Below are positions 26,461 through 38,565 of a stretch of DNA of 64,000 nucleotides, one piece after another. This stretch comes from Saprolegnia diclina VS20 (lineage: Eukaryota). Under the pieces are notes generated by a model, which saw only the letters and a list, made by a program, of their open reading frames with translations, was not told the origin of the DNA and ran no database searches. A program made the translations under genes and the position numbers. The stretch spans positions 376,008 through 440,007 of the forward strand of contig NW_008246104.1 in assembly GCF_000281045.1 (NCBI RefSeq), written 5' to 3'. Each line of letters opens with the position of its first letter. The stretch's first letter is position 1.

Positions 26461-28539
26461 ATGATCGCGACCTTCGAGAGCACCGTGCTCGCGCAGCCCG
26501 AGATTGCGGGCGTTGTCTTTAGCTACCAGTTTGGCGTGTACGAAGACGTGCGCCCGGCTTTTGCCGCCTGTCGCGAGCTCACACAGCACGACGGACCCAC
26601 GTACTATTGCGACGCGTCCTTCCGCGGGACGTTCGCTCCCAGTACGGCGTGGGCCAATGGCAAGCACGATGATATCAAGGCCGCCGACTACGCTCTGGAC
26701 GACGACGCATGCGACGCGCGCCTGCCGCTGCACGTAGCGATCGTCCATGGCTTTGCGCACGTGGCCACGCGCATCATACGGTGCCGGCCCGACCTCGCGT
26801 CGGACGATGTATTCTTCTTGGCCTTTTGCAACGATCACATCGAGATTGCCGAGCTTCTCTTAGACCAGCGACCGAGGATCGCGGAGCTGCGTCGACGCGT
26901 CCACCCTGCTGCGGGTATCGTACTGTTTTTGGTGCACGGACCGTAACACAGTGATGTACTAGATGGCTCGGTGTCGCCCGCCTCGCCCTTGGTAGCTAAA
27001 GCAGTGGCGACCATGCTCGTCAGAGACGGCGCAAAGGGCCTCGCCTTGCTCGAGCGTTTTGGCCTGCGGCCCGACGACCTTCCCCAACGCGATGACAAGC
27101 GGGACGCGCTCGTGGGGTCGACGCTGGAGAATGCCACCATCGCGCTCGACCTTTTCCCGTGGCTTTACTACCCAGGTCTCTTGGAATCTTTTGCGGCTCG
27201 CGGCTTCTTGCCTCTGGTACAGTCGCTCCACCAACGCGGTGCCGCGTGCACGGTCGACGCCATGCGCTTTGCCGTCGTCGAAGGCCATCTCGACGTCGTC
27301 AAGTTTGTTGCTAACATCCTCCCAGAGGACCGCACGACCGAGGTGCTTGATGACGCCATCTTGGGTGGCCACCTTGATGTCGTTCGCTTCCTCTTCGAGC
27401 ACCAAGCTGGAAGCGCTTTGCCGTACCATCTGGATATGGCGGTCGTCAGCAACGGCCGCCTCGACGTCATCCAGTACCTTCATGGCCTTGGCACGTTTGA
27501 TTGCACCGCTCACACCGTCGATGCCGCCGTAAGCCATGGCAATCTTCCGGTGGTCCAGTTTCTCCTAGCCAACCGATGCGAAGGCTGCACGCGCGACGAC
27601 GTCGTTCAGGCAGCGCTGCAGAACGGGCATTTGGACATGGCCGAGTACCTCCTCTCGCTCGGCTACCCGTTCCCGACCTCAACGACATTGGTGGACGAAG
27701 GTTGCTTTGGCAAGCTCGAAATGCTTGGCGTCCTGAAGCTCCTTGTCGACCATGGCGCCCCCTGGAACGACGACTGGATGGTTCACGCGTGCACTGCGAA
27801 CAACGTACCGCTCGTCAAGCTTCTTCACCCGCGCATGTCCACGTGCTCTCGCATTGACGTGCTCCTTCTTGCAATGGAGGCACACGCGTGGGACGTCGCG
27901 CACTACCTCTTGGCCAACTGTCTCGAAGACCTCTCGATCGAGGCGCTGGAGGCAGCCTTGCGCTTTGGGCGAATTGATGTCGCCTCTGTCATCTTGGAGC
28001 GACAGCCAGAGCTTCGTCACCACAACGAGCTGCTTCAGTCGGCAGTGGAGAGCCGCAACACGGAGGTGACGCGCTACCTCCTTGCAGCCAGCATTGGCCG
28101 ACCTCGCGACTGCCTCCTCGAGATTGCGGGTCGGCCAGCACACGTGACGGACAGCAAACTCTTACTGCCGTTCTGCATGGACGCTGTCGACCATCTCGAC
28201 AACGTCCTCTACCTCTTGCAGCTCGTCGAGTTGCCCGACCGCCGCCGTGCGACGATGCTCCAGCTTATCACGGCCGAGCTGACGTTCCAAGGCAAAAAAG
28301 CCAACCAAACGATCCCGCTTGCACCAAGCGTGGCGGTGCGGGCCACGGCGCTACTGGAGGCTGGCGACGTTGTCGACTGGGCACAGGCCCTCGTCATTAG
28401 CCACCATTGCCATCATGGAGCGATCGCATTGGTCCGCGACGCCGAGCTCCAGGCGCAGCTCACGCACCTGCTGCTCTCCAAGAAGCGCAAGCGCTCGACG
28501 TCTACTTCCGACGAAAGCACGGCGACGTTGCAACCTTGA
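26461..28539 (+). CDS. Ankyrin-repeat protein (2 exons)
   Basis: Intron 26915-26962 fuses the two ORFs in frame. Repeats AVVEGHLDVVKF, AILGGHLDVVRFL, AAVSHGNLPVVQFL and AALQNGHLDMAEYL. C-terminal KKRKR. Confidence 0.85.
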
Positions 28540-28749
28540 TCCGTGTGTTGATTCACATTCTAGTGTTAGTGCCCCATCAATGTTGTCAATTTCATATTAA
28601 TACATCCACTGATTAGTCTAATCATTTTCAAACGTGCTGGCGTTGCCCCGGCCCCCGTTCTCGAGTTGGTCGTCATTTCCCAGCGTCCGCTGTGTTGAAT
28701 TCGTCCCTCCCACGTTGGAAATCGCCCAACCATCGACTTTGAAGGAAAT

Positions 28750-29004
28750 ATGCAAAATATCACGTTTTCTCGGTTCGACAGCTTTGACCAAGGCGTGCCG
28801 GCGGCTGAAGTCGCGCTGCGCAACACGAGTAGCGCCAGTGTTAGTCTCTACTTCTACAACGAGTTGACGAGGGACAGCATTGTCTGCCTCATCGACGCGC
28901 TCTCGACGTGCGAGGGCGTGACGATCTCTTTGCGGCCGCTCGACGACGACGCGCTTGAAGTGCAAACCACCGCGCGCCACATCATGCGTGATCATGGCAC
29001 ATGA
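28750..29004 (+). CDS. Small hypothetical protein
   Basis: 84-aa ATG-initiated ORF with coding-like codon usage. No family recognised. Confidence 0.3.
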   Translation: MQNITFSRFDSFDQGVPAAEVALRNTSSASVSLYFYNELTRDSIVCLIDALSTCEGVTISLRPLDDDALEVQTTARHIMRDHGT

Positions 29005-29255
29005 CGTGGCAAATGCTCCATACAGCACGGGCGCTTGCAAAAGCACCAATCAACGGCCCGTATTTAGCGCTATTCGCACCATTGGTTGAAATGCAAGGAT
29101 TCAAGCCAATTCTCGGTTCCGATTGGCTGAGATGCATGATCGCCCGCCATCATATTAGCGAATCGGATGCGGGGATTTAAATTTACCAATATCCGGATAA
29201 TTCAAAAGGATCGCGTGCTTCAAAAGTCAAACGGCAAGCTGGACAGCAGGACGCA

Positions 29256-29642
29256 ATGAGCAACGCCAACACCGCAGCAACCGTCGCCACCGAGGCCGCC
29301 ATGGCCGCGCGCACCACCAACAGTTCAAGCGCCATGCTTCGGCGCATCGTTGCATTCGACATGGACGGCGACGCTGCGCTGCTTGCCGGACAGGACACGG
29401 ACGCCACGATGGATCCGAACGCCATCACCAGCCATTGCGCGTCGCCTCGCCGCGTCACATCGCCCGTACTGGAGGACGATAACAAGACGCCAGCCGGGCG
29501 CGACTCTGACAAACAGCTCGTCGCACAACACAACTCGACGTCGTTCCGCGTCCGCAACGCCAAGGCCCGGTCGCCTCGTGCCGAGTCGGAGAAGGCGCCC
29601 AAGCGCGCACGCGTCAACCCGACGGCCGCGACCGGCGCCTAA
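29256..29642 (+). CDS. Small low-complexity hypothetical protein with basic tail
   Basis: 128-aa GC-rich ORF following an AT-rich promoter-like stretch. APKRARV near the end. Confidence 0.5.
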   Translation: MSNANTAATVATEAAMAARTTNSSSAMLRRIVAFDMDGDAALLAGQDTDATMDPNAITSHCASPRRVTSPVLEDDNKTPAGRDSDKQLVAQHNSTSFRVRNAKARSPRAESEKAPKRARVNPTAATGA

Positions 29643-30165
29643 GTGCGACCACGCCCTGTACCAATGCTCAGCAGCATACCATCCTTACTCGATTGCCACC
29701 ATACTGCAACACGATTGTGTAAATAACGACGCCGTCATGGCTCTTTTTGTTGAGTTTACTTGGCTTTGCCGCCTGTTTGCGACTAGCGTAGGCTTCCAAG
29801 ACATCTTAACCGACGCCTTGTCTTCGTCCGGCATGCGTGCGGGCATCTTCTCGCGGCTACACGGCGCCGAGCACTTGGATCGTTGCGGGTGGGCAAGCGC
29901 TAGCTGAGTTGTCGATGCTGAACATAGCGCCGGTCGGGAAGCAGCGTGCGTTGTATGCGCTGGCGTACAAGTACGTGTGCGCGAAGCACGGTCGGTCACT
30001 CCGTATGGCGGCACCGGCCACGAGCCCGTCAGTGGCACGTCGTCGGGCGGGGCCGTTTTGCAGTAGGCTGGAGAAGAGAGGACGATCTGTAACACAACAT
30101 AAGACACGCGTCCCATGTCTGCATTGACATTCGTTAACTTTAGCACTACGCCTTGCGTGTCACGC

Positions 30166-30325
30166 GGTCTTGGCGGCCGTCTTTGACACGGGAAACAACG
30201 ACAATGAAATGGAGGTCGAGCGCGTCCGTCAAGATCAGCGAGATACCGTGCTCACCTTGAAGGGACACGCTTGTCCGTCATTTCGTCGCCGTTGTCGTCC
30301 GTGTCAAAGATGGCGGCCGGCGACC
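30166..30325. repeat. Imperfect inverted repeat (fold-back)
   Basis: TCTTTGACACGG...ACAACG...GAAATG on the left arm is mirrored by CATTTC...CGTTGT...CCGTGTCAAAGA on the right arm. Confidence 0.75.
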
Positions 30326-31209
30326 ACGTAGCGTCGGGCGACGTGGCCGCGCTGCTATTCGTCGGGAGGTCGTCACCGCGGCCTATGTCAAAGTCGGCAA
30401 CAAGGCGGAAACGGACGCGCTGTTGTCGACGAAGAGCAGCCAGGAAACGTTGCGCGAGGCGACTGTAAGGCTAGCCATCGTGACATTGTCGCTGTTACTC
30501 GTGTCGACGCCGAGGCCCATGCTGGCTTCCCGCCGTCGTCGGCAGCGCTGCCTGTGGCGTCCTCGTCGTCCACGAAGTGCAAAGAGGCGAGAACCAGGCG
30601 CTGCCTTGGCTGTGCGAGGCGAGTGTGGCCGCGGAACCATCCACCGCGCTGCCACCGATCGTGGGCCGTAGCTTGTGTCGACGCCAAGGCTCATGGAGGG
30701 CTCCAGCAGCGCAAGCGCTATGGCATCGTTGCGCACGCTGTTCTTGATGTCGCGTCCGCCTAGTGGCGGCCTGAGAGCGCTGCTTACCGTGGCACTGCGC
30801 CCGGGCTGTGGCAGTGTTGGCAGCGGCGTCGCAGCGCGTCATTCCCTCAAAATGCCTCTGTTTGGATCTTTGCTATTACTATCCGGTCGTCCGGATAACG
30901 GCGACAAGCCCAGGGTCTGACCGCCACCCCGCGACCCGCTTGTCGATGCAATGAGCCTTGCTGTGCACCTCGTTCGTAGTATTTCCTGCCGTGCCCACTG
31001 CCACATGGGCTTGAACTTGAAGCATTGCGCCGCCAGAAGGTGCAGAACAGGAGCGCGCGTCTCGACTAATAGTAGTACTATTACACATCGTGAGCGACTA
31101 ACTAGCGAGATCCTTCGGTCGCCTTGAGTTGCTTGAGCGAGAAAGGCGTGTTATCCGTCAAAGTCAAATTTGGCGTCGGCCGTTTCGCTCCATTTCCCAA
31201 CGGCCCGAG

Positions 31210-34200
31210 ATGTCCAAGGCCGAGTACCAGGCGCTCAAGGCCCGGCTCCGGCACGAATGCAGCCAGCGGCGCATCCGCCTCGAAGAGTTTATGAAGACCT
31301 TTGACGTGCACAAGACCAAGAAGGTGACAACTGACCAGTTTGCGCGAGCGCTCGACGCCAGCGGTGTTCGACTCAGCCGCGCCGAAGTCGACTTGCTGCT
31401 GCTAAAGTACCGTGTGCCCGAGACGCCGCGGCTCGTCGACTACCGCCGGTTCTGCGACCTCATCGACAAGAGCTGCACGGCCAAGGACCTCGAAAAGAAG
31501 TTTAAAACCAAACTCTCGCTCGAGACAGTGCGCCCGACGCAAGCCGGCGCGTTCACCAAGCAGCTCCCGAGTAGCGACACGGAGGTCGCCGCGCTGCGCT
31601 CGATCACCGAGCAGCTCGCCCGCGCCGTGCGCATCAAGGTCGATAGCCATCGTCACTACCTTCACATGACAATATTGTCCATCTCTAGGGCGTCGTGCTC
31701 AAAGATGTGTTTCACGATTTCGACAAGAGCAACTCGGGGTTTGTAACGCAAGCGCGCTTCACACGGGACCTCTTTGGCATCCTCGGCGACGTCGACCCGA
31801 GTGCGCTCCGCGTGCTCCTCAAGGTCTACGGCGCCGGCCTCGACGTCAACTACAAGCTGCTGCACCACGATTTGACCGACGGCGTCTTTCCTGCGTACAG
31901 CAACAATGGCGTGACGGCATCACCGCGGGCCAAGCGCCGGGTCGGCAACCAGTATGGCATCACCGAAGCCGACGCGATCGAGGGCCCACTGCGCGAGATT
32001 GCGGCCCGGGACCGAATCCGCGTCAAGAACTTCTTTACCGACTATGACCGGATGCGATCGGGCAAGTGCACGGAAGCGCAGTTCATGCGCGCTGTCAAGG
32101 TACATGGACACACCGACGAGTTGGTACACACAAGGGTATGTGTAGGTGTGCTTTGGCGCGCTCACGCAGAGCGACTTGGACGTTCTCGTCGCCAAGTACT
32201 CGTGCGGAATCGTCGACGTGAGCCACGAGCGCAAGGTCGACTACATTGCGTTTTGCAAGAGCATTTCGCTCGGCGACACGCCCGACGAGCTCGAAAACAA
32301 CGACGACGACGACCGAGAAGCGCATAGCGTGAGCGTCGATGTGCCCACGCTGCCGTCGGCCGCCTGCTCCCGCGGCCTCCGCGGCGCGCTCTCGGAAGTC
32401 GAGCTCGCCGACTGGCACGCCCTCATGCGGCGCCTGAGCTTTAGCGTCACGACGCGCCGCATTGCGCTCAAGCCCGCGTTCACCGACTTTGACCGCGGCA
32501 AGACCGAGTGCGTCACGTGCGAACAGTTTGCGCGGGTAATGTTTCAAGTTGAAGTTGGTGGAAATGACGTGGCGCGCGTAGGTTCTGGCGCTCTTCAACT
32601 TGCACATCACGTCGCCGGCCGAGAAGCACGTGGTGCTGAAGCGGTATGCGAGCACGCGCCTCAACTCGGCGCCTCTCGCGCAGCTCGCGTTTGACAACAA
32701 GGCGTTTCTCAACTACAAGACATTTTGCCTCGACTTGGACGCTTACGAGTCGACGCAGCGCCCGGCGTCGAGCGGCGGCGACCCAATCAAGCACGGCGGT
32801 GTGCCCAAGGTGACCGACGACGCTCCGTCCGAGGCCAACGTGCAGCGGACGCTGCCAATGCTTTTGCGCTACATCAAACAGAAAGCCAAGCGCGACCGGC
32901 TCCGCGTCGAAGAGTATTTCCGCGACTTCGACCGCCTCCGCAAGGGAAAGATCACGCGGTACTCCACTAATGCCTCTGTTGCCCAACGGGTTCAACGCGG
33001 AACGTAGGGCACAGTATGGCGGTGGCTTGCACGCCGCGGGCTTCATCCTCTCGCCCGTGGACCTCGATTTGCTCGCATCGGCGTTTCCATACCACGAAGA
33101 AGTCGACGTCGAGGTTCGTGCCGCTCGCTGTGCGTATTGTGATAGCAATGACGCAGGGCGCGTCGATGGTGGCGTGGACGCGCTTTGTCGATGAAGTCGA
33201 AGCTGTCTTTACGGTCAAAGGGTACATGAGGACAATGTGTACGGGCCATCGAACGACATGCCATGTAGCCTCGAGCGCGAGCCGACCAAAGACATTTCAC
33301 ACGCGATTGAAGCCGCCGAGCAGGCCGATGCGATCACCGACACGGTTGACATCTTGATACAATGTACAAAGCCTCCAGCTTGTCGTAGGCGCTGAGTGCG
33401 CGAGACGAAGCCATCGTCATGGCGTCGCTTCAGACGATGCTGTCGCGCATGCTCACCAAGCGCCTCGATATCAAGCCGTCGTTCGAGGACTTTGACGTGG
33501 CCAACCAAGGCTTCATCTCGCACACCAAATTCGAGCGTGTGCTCTCGGTCTTTCAGCTGCTGCCGGCCGACGCGCCGACGTGCCGCGCCCTCTGCATCAA
33601 GTTTTCAGAGCGCGGGAACGCACCAATGCCGGGCGTAAGCTCGACGTGCGACGTCAACTACCGAGCGTTCTTGCATGGGCTGTCGCAGCTCCAAGGCGGC
33701 GCGGGTCGCGTGCCAGGTACTCGACCCTTCTTCTCGTACCAATGAAAAGGCAACAATGTCGTAGGGGCGCGCGAGTACCGATTGCTGCTCGCGGCTGGGA
33801 GCAACATGGATGGCAATGCTGCCGCCGCGCTCCGCCGGTCGAAAGCGACGCCGCATGCGGTACGCCTTCCATCGCTGCTCAAGGACCTGCGGTATGCATG
33901 CCCGATTGGGTATTTGAGCTTCAACGTCGTCTCGATGTAGGCTGCAAGTCGACGCCAAGCGGATTCGCATCAAGCAGTTCTTCGCCGAGAGCGACCGGCT
34001 CCGCACGGGCGACATCACGGTCGCCAAGTTCCACACGGCCATCAACCGCTGCGGCCTCGTTGTCAACGCCGACGACGTGCACACGCTCAACGCGGCCTTT
34101 GCCTCGGCGAGTCGACCGGACCAAATCGACTACCGCACCTTTCTGCAAGCCATCGAGTCGACTGCGCACACCGAGGTTGACTGCTCGATGCGTTGGCTGT

Positions 34201-34581
34201 CTCAAGCGGCTGTAGGACTGCCGCGACGAGGTGCCGGCGCCGGACCGGTCGCCCGCGCTTGACGCGCTCCTCGGGCGCATTCGAACGGCGGTCGAGTTTC
34301 GCCGGTACTTGCGATGGTAGTATGGACACTATTGTCATGCTGGTTGTAGACTCAACATGAAGCCGTACTTTGAAGACTACGACCACAACTTTCTCATGCA
34401 CGTAACCACGACGCAGTTTGCGGCCGTGCTCAACCTCATGCGCATCGAGCTGTCGCCCGCCGAGACGTCGCTGCTCACGCACGCGTACGCTGTGCACCAC
34501 GGGCGCCAAGTCAACCCGGACGTCCACTACCTCCGGTTCCTCGAAGCTGTCGACCCCGTGTACGGACCAGCCGTGCAGTAG
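31210..34581 (+). CDS. Large multi-EF-hand protein (EFCAB6/axonemal type), many exons
   Basis: Eight modules of the form R-I/L-x-x-K-x-x-F-x-D-F/Y-D...G-x-V/I-T-x-x-Q/K-F, most followed by V-D/N-Y-x-x-F. Examples: RIRVKNFFTDYDRMRSGKCTEAQF and KPYFEDYDHNFLMHVTTTQF. Confidence 0.8.
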
Positions 34582-35146
34582 GCGCTGGCTATGCATCCGT
34601 TGACTGCACATAAGACACTGCATGCCAAACAGATACAGTGTAGAGACGACGAACGAGTGGGTGGCGGCGGCGACTTCACCGGCGATCATCGCATCTGGAT
34701 CGACGCCGCCGACGGGCGACGAAGGATTCCACGGACACCCACATCTGAACCGAGCCATCTCCACTGGTCGTGTCCCACGTGTCTCGGTAACGCGGCGCGG
34801 TGGCAGGGATGGGCGGACGCCGCCGAGCCGACCAGATGCTCGAGCCAGCACCCGTCGAGTCATCGTCATGGCCATAGAGCCGCGGCGATGCCATTGCGCA
34901 TCGCTGGCGGCCTTGTATAAAAGCGGCGCCACATCCGCCGGTGGCGTTGAAGTTGCCAATGCGTGCTGCAAGGCCATTGGCCAAAAAGGCTGCCTTTTCT
35001 CAGTCGCTGAGGGCCACTTCTGTGGGGTTAGGCCAACGTCGCTGATTGGCCAAATGTGCACGCGAAAAACGCGCTGATTGGTGGAGATCCCGCAACGGAT
35101 CAGGTGGGTCTGGGGGCCAGAATTGCTTTGCGCCTCCGACGACAAG

Positions 35147-38100
35147 ATGGCGCAATGGTCCAAGCTTGCCGCGGCCTCGCGCGTGCTCCGCCGGAGCACG
35201 ACCATGAAGGCGCCGCTCCTCCGCACCTTTAGCTCGGCGCCGCACCCGTCCGAGTCGTTCATCAATGGCACCAACAACGTCTACGTCGAAGAGATGTACC
35301 GGTCGTGGACCAAGGACCCGTCGAGGTACATGCTCCATGCATCGATGCGACCATGGCACTAAGCGGGTTATTGCTGTAGCGTGCACAAGAGCTGGGATGT
35401 CTACTTTCGCCAGGTAGACCAAGGCGCCGTGCCCGGCGAAGCCTTTATCCCGCCGCCGACGGTCCAGGCCGGCGTGACGCCGGTCGTGCGCGGCGCCGCC
35501 GCTACGAACCCGCTTGGCATCAACCACGCGCTTGGCTTGAGCTACTTGATCCGCGCGTACCAGAGCCGCGGTCATGAGATGGCCAACTTGGACCCGCTTG
35601 GCCTCCAGGAGCGCCCGGTGCTGCCGGAGCTCGACATCAAGATGTACGGCTTTACGGAGGCGGACCTTGACAAGACGATCGACATCCCCAAGAACTTTGC
35701 GTCGGGTGTCACGGGCTTTCTAGAAGAGCTCTCGGAGGGCAAGAACCCGACGCTTGGCCAGATCGTGCAGCGCCTCAAGGAAACGTACTGCAGCTCGATC
35801 GGCGTGGTACGCCCATCCCTCTCGATACATGCAGCTGAGTTTTCCATGTAGCAATACATGCACATTCCGGACCGCGAAAAGTGCAACTGGATCCGCACGC
35901 ACGTCGAGCACCTCGTGAAGAAGGAAGAGTCGAAGGAGAAGAAGATGCACATCCTCGAGCGTCTCGCCTTCTCGGTCAACTTTGAAAAGTTCCTTGGCAA
36001 CAAGTACAACACGACCAAGCGCTTTGGTCTCGACGGTGGCGAGTCGCTCATCCCGGGTCTCAAGTACATGATTGACCGTGCGACCGAAATGGTCTCCATA
36101 TCTATCAACTTGATACATTCGCGCTCATATCTTTTTGCATTAGGGCATGGAGCACGTCGTGGTCGGCATGCCGCATCGTGGCCGCCTCAACGTGCTTGCC
36201 AACGTGATTCGCAAGCCGATCCAGCAGATCTTCAAGGAGTTCCAGGGCACCCACTTCGACTTGGACAAGTACGTCAACGACGTCGACGACTGGAGCAACT
36301 CGGGCGACGTCAAGTACCATCTTGGCACGTCGTTTGACCGCACGTACCCGGACGGCCGCAAGGTCCACCTGAGCCTCGTCGCCAACCCGTCGCACCTCGA
36401 GGCGGTCAACCCCGTCGTCGAAGGCAAGGTCCGCGCCAAGCAGTACTACCTCGGCAACGACGACGAAGCCGAGAAGAAGGTGCTGCCGCTCCTTCTCCAC
36501 GGTGACGCTGCCTTCAGCGGCCAGGGCGTCGTGTACGAAACTATGCACCTCTCGGAGCTCGAAAACTACGACACGGGTGGTACCATCCACGTCGTCGTCA
36601 ACAACCAGATTGGGTTTACGACGGACCCGAAGAACTCGCGCTCGTCGCAGTACTGCTCGGACGTCGGCAAGGCCATGAACGTGCCGATCTTCCACGTCAA
36701 CGGCGACGACCCGGTCGCCGTCGTCAAGGTGTTTGAGCTCGCGGCCGAGTGGCGCCAGACGTGGCGCTCGGACGTCATTATCAACCTCACGTGCTACCGC
36801 AAGTTTGGCCACAACGAGATTGACAACCCGTTCTTCACGCAGCCGCTCATGTACAAGAAGATCGGCACGATGCCCAACGTGCTCGACACGTACGCGCAGC
36901 AGCTCGTGGCGTCGGGCGTCGCGACCATGGCCGAGACGGACGCGGTCATTGCCAAGGTGTGGGACTTTTTTGGCCGCACGTTTGAGGAGAGCAAGAACTG
37001 GGAAGACTCGAAGAAGTCGGACTGGCTCGCGAACCGCTGGGAGTCGTTCAAGAGCCCGACGCAGCAGTCGCGCATCCGCCCGACCGGCGTCGAGATCGAC
37101 ACGCTCAAGAAGATTGGCGACAAGCTCACGACGGTCCCCGACGGCTTTGAGCTCAACTCGCAGCTCAAGCGGATCATTGCGACCAAGCGGTCGTCGATCG
37201 AGACCGGCGAAGGCCTCGACTGGAGCTCGGGCGAGGCGCTCGCGTGGGGCTCGCTCCTCCTCGAGGGCAACCACGTGCGCATCTCTGGTCAGGACGTGGA
37301 GCGTGGTACGTTCTCGCACCGCCATGCGGTCCTCCACGACCAGAAGACCAACACCGAGTACGTGCCGCTCAACACGCTTGCGCCGACGCTCAACCCGTCG
37401 GCGCCGCTCGTCAACACGGGCGGCAACTCGCAGGCGCCGTTCGTTGCGAGTAACTCGTCGCTCTCGGAGTTTGGTGTCCTCGGCTTTGAGCTCGGCTACT
37501 CGCTCGAGAACCCGAACGCGCTCGTCATGTGGGAAGCCCAGTTTGGCGACTTTGTCAACGGCGCGCAGATCATCATCGATCAGTTTTTGAGCGCTGGCGA
37601 AGACAAGTGGATGCGCCAGTCGGGCCTCGTGATGCTCTTGCCGCACGGCTATGAGGGCCAGGGCGCCGAACACTCGTCATGCCGCATCGAGCGCTTCCTC
37701 CAGCAGACGGACGACGACCCGAACGTCGTGCCGCCGATGGACGAAGACCACCGCATGCAGATCCAGCAGACCAACTGGCAGATTGTCTACTGCTCGACGC
37801 CGGCCCAGTACTTCCACGTGCTCCGCCGCCAGCTGCACCGGGAGTTCCGCAAGCCGCTCATCTCGGTCCAGCCCAAGTCGCTTCTGCGGTTGAAGCAGGC
37901 GTCGTCGTCGCTCGCGGAAATGGGCCCGGGCACCAAGTTCCACCGCGTCCTCGGCGACGATACGGCGCTCGTCGCCAACGACAAGGTCAAGCGCGTGCTC
38001 TTTTGCTCGGGCAAGATCTACTACGACCTCGCCGCCGAGCGCGAGGCCAACAAGATTGACGACATTGCGATCGTCCGCGTCGAGCAGATCGCGCCCTTCC

Positions 38101-38415
38101 CGTTTGACAAGGTCGCCGAGTACGCGGCCAAGTACCCGAACGCCGACGTCAAGTGGGTCCAAGAAGAGCCCGAAAACATGGGCTTTTGGACGTATGTGAG
38201 CCCGCGCTTCGAGACGGCGGTATGTTGCCATCTTGATACGAGGTTGATACTGAGCGATTGGGTGTTTCTAGCTCAAGACGATCAACCAGGACACGCGCCG
38301 TCCGTCGTACATTGGCCGTGTCGCGTCGGCGGCCCCCGCGACGGGCTACCACGCGGTTCACAACCTCGAGCAGACGCGCATTATCGGCAAGGCGCTCGGC
38401 TTGCCGACCAAGTAA
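35147..38415 (+). CDS. OGDH: 2-oxoglutarate dehydrogenase E1 component, mitochondrial
   Basis: Presequence, KRFGLDGGES, GMPHRGRLN, GDVKYHLG, HGDAAFSGQG, SGQDVERGTFSHRH, WEAQFGDF and LLPHGYEGQG. The last exon SAAPATG ends at TAA 38413-38415. Confidence 0.96.
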
Positions 38416-38565
38416 AGCTGGAGGATGCTGCCGTCAACACCCTTCCATTGCAATACAAAACCACTCTTTTTACACGCCACCAGACAATGTTGTCCAGTGT
38501 ATCGATACGACATGATCAACATCGTCGTTGGGTCTACATGCGACATGACAACTTGAATATACGAC

